Source of the DNA: Bigelowiella natans CCMP2755
Lineage: Eukaryota; Protista; Cercozoa
Assembly (NCBI GenBank): GCA_000320545.1
Contig: ADNK01000839.1
Location: 1-55,470 of the forward strand
Length of the DNA stretch: 55,470 nucleotides
Direction: 5' to 3'
In this document: piece after piece, positions 1 to 10,200 of the stretch
Position numbering within the stretch: position 1 is the stretch's first letter
Layout of the letters: every line of letters starts with the position of its first letter
Translations under genes and position numbers: made by a program
The notes under the pieces: model-generated
Told to the model about the DNA's origin: nothing
Seen by the model: the letters and a program-made list of their open reading frames with translations, nothing else
The model's database searches: none

Positions 1-597
1 GTGTTGAAACGCATGCGTTTATCGTCCACACGCGCTTCGTCTTCCTTGTGAACGATGTACATGCTCATGATGCAAAAACCACATTTCATGAGACGGGTGT
101 AATGAATGAATTGAACTTCTCCAATGATACCCCCTAATGTAGCTAGGCAATGCTGCGGCTACAGCGGTTAAGTTGTGGATGTATTTCATGAGCCCACAGC
201 TTAATCGGCACATACACGGTTTATGCGCTTACTCGATGAGTAGCGCGCATGCGTCTGGCGGACTAGCTTTACCAAGCGACGCATTTTGCTACACATTCCG
301 AATGTGGCTTTGGAGGACAGCATGCCATGTGCGTAGCACGGCGCACGTGTGTTGCGTTGGAAAAGCAATGATATGTGGAACGTGCCACCAGTCACTGCCA
401 GGTGATAAATCTTATCACATCGGCGTGTTATTAGCATTGCAACATCTAGGCGCATCCATCGACCGCAGCAGCAGCAGCAGCCCATGTTCTCGCAATAAGC
501 GAATGTGCCATTGCATTCTGCTGATTGATCGATAGGTGATGAGACTACCCTACATCATCACAACAACTGCACGTTCATTGTCGCCCCACTTATCATT

Positions 598-946
598 TTA
601 TGCCCAGTAGGAGCCGTTGGGGAGCTTTACCCTGAATAAAAAAAAAACGAACGAATCACACCGGTCGGCTACATGAAATATGTCATACATTGTGTGCACT
701 TCTATTCGTTTGGCAATCTATCTCATAGTCGTTATTCGCAACACATTCAAGGGGGGGAAGAAGGGTACGGATGGGGTGCATCCTCCTCTTCCAGCCCCCC
801 CCCCCCCTCTCTCCCCCCCTCCTTCTCTCTCCGCTCTCTCTATCACTCCGTACTTTCGGATCTCAAACTTCTTGAATGGATTGCTCTGGACACACTGAGA
901 ATAATATGTATACAAGAATCGTGACAAATGTGCGCATACCCAGATA

Positions 947-1012
<66 letters not shown>

Positions 1013-1247
1013 TGATGAGGTATGTGTGTGTGTGTGTGTGCGTGTGTGTGTGCGTGTGTGTGTTGATCCCTTTTCTCTTCTTCACACCAGCCCCATTTTT
1101 CTCTATTTTTCCATAGATTCGCCCTTCCCAGTCTCCTTCAGATGCTCGCGTATACAACCTTCTCGTCGCTGAAAATCGCTTTGTCGATCTTAGCCTGGAT
1201 GATGCGTAGTTGGTAAGTTACATACACAGCTACATCACACACAGACA

Positions 1248-1284
<37 letters not shown>

Positions 1285-1599
1285 CAGCTTGCTTTTTGTA
1301 TGTGTGTGTGTGTGTGTGTGTATTTTCGCCATCTTCGAAAATGTGCCCATCTAGCCATTTGTAGTGTTCACGAAGATCTCAAAAACCAAACAGCAGCCAA
1401 CACCACCACCACTCGCTTTCACATAACCTTTGGCGCGCCTTCCGTCTCAAGCCATTTCCTAAACGATTCCACTTCTTCCTCTGTACCGCACGCTTCTCCT
1501 GTGGGGGGGGGGGACGGATTTCTGAACGTGCGCAAGTAGAGGCTATGCTATACAGAAACATGCACATGTTACTGCAGGGAGAATCCATATATTATATAA

Positions 1600-1677
<78 letters not shown>

Positions 1678-2501
1678 ATGTGTGTGTGTTTATAGCCTCA
1701 CCTTTGACTGTCTTATTCTCCGTATTCATGACCCACCCTGCCTTCCGGGCACATGTAAATATATAACACCAAAACCACATTCGTACGTGAAGAGACACAC
1801 ACATATAGGGCACACACACACACACACGCGCGCGCGCGGGGTAGTATTTATACGCACGCCATAAGATATTAATCAGATTGCGACAAATGCACAGTTCGGA
1901 TATGAGACGCAGTGATAGGAATGTCTTCTTTTCATATTTCTATCATCGTTGCAAGGTTGCTTATTATATAACACATCTTCTTTACTTCACCGGTGACTCC
2001 AAGTTTGTCTGCTGCCTCCTTGGTACATTTTCTCATGAAGACGCGCTGCGAAGAAGATGGATAAGGAGATGGGAAAGAATATTGATAATGTTGATCACAA
2101 AGAAGAAGAAGAAGAAGAAGAAGAAGAAGAAGAAGAAGAAGAAGAAGAAGAAGAAGAAGAAGAAGAAGAAGAAGAAGAAGAAGAAGGAGGAGGAGAGGAG
2201 GAGGAGGAGGATAAGGAGTTGAAACAACTCTCTCGAGAAGCTGCCACTGTAGTGATAAGCCGTATCTACAACTCCCTCCCTGTTCAAGTTTGCTACAATA
2301 TTTTCTGGTGCGTATCAAATATGGACTGCTTCATCTTGGATATTCACACACACCTGAACCTTGCCGAAGACCTACGGTGAGAAGTTTCGTATTCAATGGT
2401 TGCTTTCAGATGTGGGGGTGATGCTAACATGGGGAGAACGACACCTCATACTTGAAGTACTTCAGCCCTTTAGCCTCCTGATCATCGAGAGGACCGGCCA
2501 T
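598..2501 (-). CDS. ACYP: Acylphosphatase (about 8 short exons)
   Basis: Manual splicing gives MAGPLDDQEAKGLKYFKYE|VFGKVQ|RVFMRKCTKEAADKLGVT|GWVMNTENKTVK|GEACGTEEEVESFRKWLETEGAPK|AKIDKAIFSDEK|CVQSNPFKKFEIRK|VKLPNGSYWA*. It has the acylphosphatase VQxVxxR loop and GWVxN motif, and phases are consistent. The last exon and the start codon are less certain. Confidence 0.88.
2101..2185. repeat. (GAA)n microsatellite, about 28 units, in an acylphosphatase intron
   Basis: Perfect GAA run seen directly. It explains the poly-E/K/F/L ORFs in the track. Confidence 0.97.
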
Positions 2502-3028
2502 GAGCAATACAAACATAGGCAGGAGCACCACCAGCTGCAGAGTCCCATCTCAGAGAGGAAGGCGCAACATGTTCAGCGAAAAAACGGGGAGACGGGCGGG
2601 GGGTACTATTTTTCATTCCCAAAACACAAAGCTTCCGTGCAGATCTACTCTATTCCCACAAATCTTAAGTCTCCACCACCCCAATAAAACCACCGGAGCG
2701 CACCCTCCCCTCAAAACAAACGCACCGCCTGCTGAGCCATGGCAGCTGGGAGCTTGGGTGCTCGTGGATTCTTGTCGTCAGTAACTTCTTCTTCTTCGGG
2801 ACGCAGATACCATGTCGCGAGGTTCGTTTGCAGGGCATTTCTTTCAGAAAGTAAGGGTACCTCGGAAGACGCATGGGATTTACCTGGACGACACGCTCCT
2901 TCTGTTCCCTTTCGAAGATAAGTTCGTAACGCAGGGGATTTCCATTCGCAGACAATGATATTGGGGTATTTTAAGGTAAAAGTGCGAAAAGCCAGTGGCA
3001 TCCGAGGTCCGTCCCGATCCCCCATGCA

Positions 3029-3932
3029 ATGGGTTCGGCGACTTCCTTCTCAGGCCTCGGGGAGAAGGAAGGCCAGCGCTTCCGCTTCGCCTCCGACGTT
3101 TTTGTCAAGCTGGAATCTCAATCGTACGAGTATTCCGAAAAGGAGTTTCCACACCGCTCAATAGAACGGGTGGGGTATGTGGCGCATGGATCACCAAATC
3201 GAACGCTAAACCGATTCGTAATGAGAAGGCGCTGGTTGTAATGTCAGATTTTGCAGGTGATCGTTGCCAAAGTACTTAGTAGTGTGAAGCCGAATAAGCC
3301 AATGAATTGGGGCTACGATGAACACGCTCTGTGGGTAGATAATGGCCTCCGTGCCATCTTCAACATCATTTTCAAAGACCAGACGATCGCCGTCACCCTT
3401 AGGTTCCAAGGGATATTCGTATCTGTACAATGTGTTCTTTTCTGTTTTATATTTGATCCCCTCCATTCCCCCGGTTGTCTTTCTTTCTTTTGTATCACAA
3501 GCCTAAAGATTCTGCGATCCCCTCAGGGAGTTAAAACAAGAAGCTCCCGCCACCGGCGATATCGTAGAGACGGGCTCTGATGACAATGTCCAGGACATCA
3601 AAAGTCCTCCAGAAAGGCAGATTGAGATCCAAATGCCACGGACAATAGGAAAGGAGCTCGTCCATTGTTTTGCCTTGAAGGGGGGGAAAGAGATCTCGGT
3701 GGACACTGATTGCCCAGGATTAAGCTACGAGACTGTGAACAACTTGCAGGATGACAATACAATTGTATGGGGCGACAGAAAGCTATACAAGTTTAAAAAC
3801 CTTCAGGAGCATCATAATTACTTAATTGGCACGAAGTTTCTGCGTCCGAGCCTGCACAGGGATATTAAGGAGGGTTCTAGGATAAAGCTCACCATCACTA
3901 TGTCTGAGCCGCAAATCACCTTATGTCAGTAA
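3029..3932 (+). CDS. Hypothetical protein with a DUF3011-like beta domain (exons 3029-3169, 3257-3402, 3527-3932)
   Basis: Phase-consistent GT-AG introns give ...VKLESQSYEYSEKEFPHRSIER|VIVAKVLSSVKPNKPMNWGYDEHALWVDNGLRAIF..., which resembles the DUF3011 pattern CES..Y..C...V..QLS..C..WGY...IWVD.GCRA.F. Confidence 0.6.
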
Positions 3933-5090
3933 GATTGTCGTTCAGAATCTTAATAACATTGAAGTCAAATACACTTCGAAACAAATACCTGTGAAGAAGA
4001 AACATATTCTTTTGTTTTTCAATAAATTTGGGCAAGGGTGTACATCTCTAATGGCAATATTTCAATGTTTGACAATCTTTTCTTCGATGTGCAGATGTTT
4101 TGCTAGAGGAAGGACACTTACAACGACATGGAGGCTGGGCTAATATTCTCAACACATGGAGGGGAGAGTGTGATGTGTCAAAGCTGGCCACAGGCTCGCT
4201 TGAAATGATGGGATTGCACGACACACAGCTTTCCGTTTGGAGTATGCGACTTCCTTCGCCAAGACAGAAGGCAATTCGTCAAAGAAAAAAAGTCTCGAGC
4301 AATGCTGCGATAGGTAGTATTGGTGGAAATAGTGACACCACAGCCGGTTCTACGACGTATAGCACGTCATTCTCTCGCTTATTTTCCATGCGATCATCAA
4401 GGCTCCTGTCCCTTGAAGAAATGAAAGAGAAATGAAGCGAAAAGTGTCGATGCAGTTGCAATCTCTCCATGATGTTTCGTAGGCTTGATTTATTGTTGAT
4501 GCATAATCATAGAATATATGATGCGGTGATAACATTTCATTGCATAGTGTCAAGCAAATGCAACATTCTCGCAATCAAGATTGTTGCATGTGTGGCAGTG
4601 TAGGCTTCAAGCCTGCGTGTACATGCGTGAATCATGAATTCATCAAATCTGTGCATTGTATGCATCATTCTGCGCGAGCAACGGATTATTTTGCAAGACA
4701 CATGCTGTTGCTTGTTTGTTCAATCACTTACTAAATATATCATCTAGTTTGATACATCGAGAGACAACAAATAGTGGTATGCATTATGGCTACTAGCTAA
4801 TTTACAGTAACAACACATCATTACTGTCTACGTCACAATCAATGCAACGTCACTTCAGCTTACTAAGATGCGAATACTATGTATAGTCTTTGACAGACAA
4901 ATAATACACATAGACATAAATAATATAAGTGACATATTATGAAGTATGTGTATGTGTGGTGAATGATCACATGTTTCCATAAACTGCGCAATCATGTGAC
5001 TAATCTCCAAATCAACTTGGAATCGCCACGATAATTTGACTGGATATTTGTGGACTGAGTCATATGCGAATAGGACGATAATGAAATGCT

Positions 5091-6263
5091 TTACTCCTCA
5101 TCATTGGCTCGCAACATGGATTGGAACTTTTCGTCAGCCACTCTGCTCATGAACTGTTCGACCTCATCAAAGTTGTAGATCCCATGATCCTGTGATGCGA
5201 GGGGATGGTCTCCGACCGAGAGCTCCATGAAGTCTTGGAGGGACTTGCGGAAGATGTTTGGCATTCTGATTCTGGTTAGAACATTGAACCAGGAATCTAG
5301 GGAGTTTTGCAGTCCGGATGAAGAGGCTTCATATGCAAGGAGGTCCTCAGCTTTGACCGGTTCGGAATATTGTCCAAGTTTATTCATCTGCTCAACTGCG
5401 TTCGTTACTGATTTGTTTACATGCTCGATGAAACTCTGAAGCTCGGAAGTATCAATCCAAGCTTTATTGCCTGGGAGTCCTTGTGCGGTTGCTTTGCGTC
5501 TTAAGAAGCAGAGCTTAGAAGGCTTGCCGTACTCGTCGACGCTGTGACTTTGCCCTTCTTTACATGCCGTCCCAACAAACCCAGTAAATTGCAAATTCGA
5601 TGAGTTTTCGGGAAGATATGCCCGGTATGTTATCCAGTCTAGATTCACCTGATCTTTGTTATCTTTGTACTCAACCAGGACAGGTTGTTCTTCCTTGCTG
5701 ATGCTCTTGACTTCCTTCACAACACCTTGGTAACTGTGATTTACCAGAACTTTGTATCCGCGTTGCAGTGCGAGAGGTACTTTGAGGCCGCAGTTGAAGC
5801 AGTCGCGCACCATGCATGTGAATCGGTCTAGTGAATTTGCACGGTAATGAAGCACGGCCTTAGCGTTGTACTTTTTGAGAACTTGCTGCATATCTGGATC
5901 GAAATACTGGGACACTCCCATCTTGAACGCAAGAAAGGTATTTGGGTTGTTCTCAATAAAATCGTCTATCCAAGCCTTCACCGCAGCAGTGGTAGATTCT
6001 TCTCCTCCCCCAGCTCGAACATGAAAACGGTTCTTACGAGGATCCATCAACTCCTCGCCTTTCCATGCAGCATCGATCTGCGCATGAGTGATGTAATCTC
6101 GCAGAAAGTGACCAACCGCGGTGGACATTGAGCAGCCAGCTGATATCAGCACCCCGACTCTCGGCGGGGCAGATGGAAGATTCGTGAGAGTCATTTGGTG
6201 CATCTCTGTCCAGCTTCCATGCGCTGCTTGTTGGAGCAGAAGGGCGAAGAGGCACAACAACAT
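5091..6263 (-). CDS. Secreted or secretory-pathway sulfotransferase-like protein, intronless (about 390 aa from MLLCLFALLL)
   Basis: Long uninterrupted ORF with an N-terminal signal peptide. VLISAGCSMST resembles the 5'-PAPS loop (RSGST) and HYRANSLD resembles the 3'-PB motif (RxNxLD) of Stf0-like sulfotransferases. Confidence 0.6.
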   Translation of the reverse strand: MLLCLFALLLQQAAHGSWTEMHQMTLTNLPSAPPRVGVLISAGCSMSTAVGHFLRDYITHAQIDAAWKGEELMDPRKNRFHVRAGGGEESTTAAVKAWIDDFIENNPNTFLAFKMGVSQYFDPDMQQVLKKYNAKAVLHYRANSLDRFTCMVRDCFNCGLKVPLALQRGYKVLVNHSYQGVVKEVKSISKEEQPVLVEYKDNKDQVNLDWITYRAYLPENSSNLQFTGFVGTACKEGQSHSVDEYGKPSKLCFLRRKATAQGLPGNKAWIDTSELQSFIEHVNKSVTNAVEQMNKLGQYSEPVKAEDLLAYEASSSGLQNSLDSWFNVLTRIRMPNIFRKSLQDFMELSVGDHPLASQDHGIYNFDEVEQFMSRVADEKFQSMLRANDEE

Positions 6264-6928
6264 GCTTTGGATTTGGTAGTTGGAAGAATGTACTCGAAGT
6301 GCGACGATGCCAATGATGGAAATGCTCTTCTCACATTTTGTCGTCGTGCTGCTGTATCGATCGACGCAGAAGACCTTACGCCGTGAGCTTTTGACGGAAA
6401 GAGAATGAAAATGCTCGCAACTTTGGTTCTCCAGAGGCCTTAACTGCACGGCGCAGCACAAAAGCCGACGACGGTGTCGTCCTTCGCCGCCTCACAGAAA
6501 TCGCTTCGAAGCTCCACTGTCGCAGCAAGGAACTACGATGGTTTTCACGAGAATGGACGCATTTTTCGCGGGGTTTGAAGACTCTGACCCTGACCTCTTT
6601 GACCACCAACAGCAGGTGCACGTGTCGCATTCCATGAAGAGCACCGAAAACTACACCCGAGAATACCGAGGTGAATCAGAGCACCGATGAAAGTCGCAGG
6701 TTGAAAACGACAGGCCATCGGGAACACATTCAATTCCCATGGCGAATATAGGTGAAGACAACATTGAAGCTGCTGACGCATGGGCCAAAAAAGCCAGCCC
6801 TCTTTGTGTTATTACAAGGGGGTTCTCCCCGAATTTGGGCCTTTTCTCGTGCGAATTAGCCCAAAACGCATGGCTTTTTTGCAAGAAAACTCAAACGGCT
6901 CGCAAGCAACGAGGTGCCCCCCCAGCAT

Positions 6929-7254
6929 TGTAGCGCGTACCACTACGCGGGCACAAGTCACGTGCGACAACAAAGGGGTTGTCGCGGATATAGAATATAG
7001 ATAACGTAGATATTAATACAGCATAGGCACGTGGGTTCCGGCGGGACTCATGGCAGCACACCGGAAGTGTGCTGCCCCACGTGCGGCGGCATTCGCGAAA
7101 GCTTCGCGAATGATTACGCAGTGCACGATTTAATAAAAATATAATCTTTAATAAAAATAAACACAACTCTTCAAAAGGAAGCAAACGTGCCTTTCCCCCC
7201 CCCTGCCTACTTGTGCACGTAGCGCCTCGGCCTGTGAACACCTTACGCGCAACA
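6929..7254 (+). repeat. 5' LTR
   Basis: TGTAGCGCGTA...TACGCGCAACA imperfect terminal inverted repeat and AATAAA signals near 7132 and 7150. Identical by eye to 12319-12644. Confidence 0.97.
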
Positions 7255-7259
7255 ACCTT

Positions 7260-7277
7260 TGGCTTCCACACACGGGA
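7260..7277 (+). promoter_or_regulatory. Primer-binding site (tRNA 3'-end complement, TGGCTTCCACACACGGGA)
   Basis: Starts with TGG (complement of CCA) 5 nt after the LTR. The reverse complement TCCCGTGTGTGGAAG-CCA looks like a tRNA 3' end with A72 and G73 (Glu/Asp-like). The tRNA identity is unverified. Confidence 0.75.
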
Positions 7278-7293
7278 AACGATTTGACTAACA

Positions 7294-10200
7294 ATGTCAC
7301 AGCAGCTAGAAGAACAGCAGGACTTTGGCTCGCAGGCCGTGCAAGGGCACGAGCAGAAACAGGAAAGGAAGGGCGATACGGACGCTAAGGAAGGAGGAGG
7401 AACACCTCCACAGGCACCGCCGGGACCAGCACCCGGGATTAAGAAAGCAGATGCAGCAGCAGAGGCACTGGAGAACTTCTACGAGGCGGACGACGAGGAC
7501 GTGGCCGCCGAAAGCAAGAAGGTCGTAATGGCATTACGAGCCTTGCGACCCAGGGCGAGCAACTACGCCAAACTGAAAGTATCGATAGAATACAAGTATC
7601 AGACACATGATGTTTGGGCAGCTATCATGCAGGACATCATGGATTACGAAGCAGACTTACCTCCAGAGTGGGCAGCTTTGTTTAGGAACGACGGGGGTCT
7701 GGGCGCCTCGCGGGGGACGACCCAGAGCACCGTCAAGCAGCAGCAGCCGGTACAGCGGAACACCCAGTTCATGTCTGTTAAAACAGCACCGGTTATGATA
7801 ACGAAATACAACGGGAAAAGAGGTGAGGCAAGGAGGTGGTGGAAGAACGCTAGGAGTATACTCTGCGACTTTACCCCTAACCCCACCGAAAACGACAAGC
7901 TCAAATGGCTAGCTATAATAAAGCAAGCCATGGACCTTTACGAGACAGGCAGGACCCGGATCAGGCAGCTAGAGAAAATACACACTACAGTTAGTGGGCT
8001 ACGAGACGTTGAGGCGATAATGAAGGCTTTTGTAAATGAACAGGATGCTAACTCCCTACCCCAGGCTATTAGAAAATACAGAGCAATGATGCAGCATGAG
8101 AGAGAACCTGTTAGAGACTTTGCCACGCGCTTCCAGGATATGATCGACGAACTACATGATTTTAATTACAACACAGGTGATGATCAGGCAAGGTTTGAAG
8201 AGTTCAAGTTAAAGATAAAGGAATCCACTTACGTTACGGAGAAAGGCTACACCACGATGGAGGCAGCAGTGCAGGCTATATCCCTACGCGAGCAGGAGCA
8301 GGACCGCAAGTTTACCAGCCCTAAGGTACCTGGCATAGGAAACATTAACGCTATTAAGCCGCAGCGAGACTGGTACAAGGACAGGGAAGGTAACCGACGT
8401 TGCGGATACTGCTCACGTAAAGGGAAACACACCGCTAAAGACTGCAGAGACAGGAAAGAAGGACGACCCAGGATGACGATCAGGCAGCTCAACGAACACT
8501 ACGAGAAGTTAAAGAGAAAGAAAGGCAGAGGACAAGGATATAACAACAGCAAATGGCAAGGCAGCAACAACGGGAAGAACAATAAATATAAGAACAAAAA
8601 GCAGAACAGTATCAATGCTATACAGCAGCAGATAAACGGAATATTAGATCACCTTAAGCAGGCGCCGACGAAGACAGCAGTACCAGCAACGCAGGACCAA
8701 GACAAGCCCATGACCCTAGACGACATAAAGAACTTAGGAGTATGCAACATTAATGACGAAGACGCTAACAGGACTATCAAAGTTGCTATGACCAAGGTTA
8801 AAGTTAAAGACAGCTACGGAGACTACAAGAAACTACCTGCCCTTTGGGATAGTGGCAGCATGCCGAAGTCCTTCATAAGCCTAAGCACAGTAAGAAGGTT
8901 AGGACTATTGGATCAAGTGACTAAGAAAGAACGTAAATATGCTCAAGCAGACGGAAGCTCTTCCATGAAGACCGTCGGTGAGCTAATGCTAAAGCTACAG
9001 ATACCTGGCAGCGACGCGGAGACCCAAATCAAGACCCGAGTAGCCATGACTTTATCCATGGAACTACTCCTCGGACAGGATGCCCTAGAAAAATTAGGGG
9101 GGATCATATCATTCTACAATCACAAGATATACTTTGCTAAGTTGCCAAAGAAGTCAGGCAGGACCATCAGCCAGAACATGATACGGCTTGACGAGTGGAC
9201 CTCTGAGTCAAGCGTTAATGCGTTAGAGTTTATGGACCTAGCGGACAACAAGCTACCTACACCTACCGAGCTACGGAAGAAGAACCCCGGCAAGACCATC
9301 CGACAGATAACGGAGCTACTGGACAAGACCCCCCCAGCTGATGATTGGGATATCGACAAAGGCAAAAAGTACATTAATAAAATATTAAACGAGAAGTACT
9401 CTGACATCACCAAGCCGACGACGAAGCCCTCCAGCAAGCTTACCCCAGTAAAGATCGAGCTAAAGAAGGGATACGAAGAGTGCATCATCAATGACCCAGA
9501 ACATAGGCGACCGGAAGCGGACTGGGAAAAGATAGAGTGGCAGATCAATGAATGGGCAAAGGAAGGGAAGATAGAGCCAAGCAACTCACCATGGAACGTG
9601 AGACATGTGCTAGCTAAGAAACCTACTTACCCTTTCTTCCGCCTGGCGCACAACTTCATCCGCCACAACCGAGTAATAAAGAGGATCCAGACACCTACAC
9701 CAAGGATAGATGACGTTATTGAACACGTCATAGGATACAAATACTACTCTTCCCTAGATAAAAATGAATCATACATGCAGACACCCATCCACAAAACCTC
9801 CCGCCCCATTACCGCGTTCTCCAGCAGGCACAGGAAGTGGCACTTCGTCGTATTCCCTTACGGCCTAAGCATATCAGGGGATGCGTTCAGTAGTCAGAAC
9901 TACAGGGCATACACACATGATGGGATGGCGTCTGTGTTGTGGGTGTTTGTGTTTGTGTATGTGGATGATGACATAATATGTACCAACACAGTCGTCGCTC
10001 AGATCTTCCTCCTGGAAAATATATTTATTAGGTTTGCACACTTCGGTTTTACTATTAGACTGCAGAAGTGTACATTCCTAGCTACAAGAATCAAGTGGTG
10101 TGGATATTACCTGGAGCAAGGCCGCATCACCCCAAACCCCGAGAAAGTAGCAGCACTACAGCAAGCCCCTAAACCTAAGAATGCAAAGGAGTTAAAGTCA

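Noticed and set aside
1878-2380. Poly-E/K/L/F ORFs
   Set aside because: They are translations of an intronic GAA microsatellite in the acylphosphatase gene.
6264-6461. N-terminal 66 aa of the 456-aa ORF
   Set aside because: It starts at a non-ATG codon. The first ATG (6263) begins a clear signal peptide.
6923-6928. Apparent 6-bp TSD CAGCAT
   Set aside because: The downstream CA is the LTR terminus, shared by both LTRs. The parsimonious TSD is the 4-bp GCAT.
7027-7112. Hammerhead or HDV-like ribozyme in the LTR (CCCACGU loop, GCGAAU, antisense AUGAGUCC)
   Set aside because: I could not build the required cores: there is no CUGAnGA/GAAA pair, and HDV P1.1 and P2 do not pair. Reported only as structured RNA.
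6891-7271. Antisense 126/130-aa ORFs duplicated at 12272-12664
   Set aside because: These are just the two LTR copies read on the minus strand from non-ATG starts, with no domain signal.
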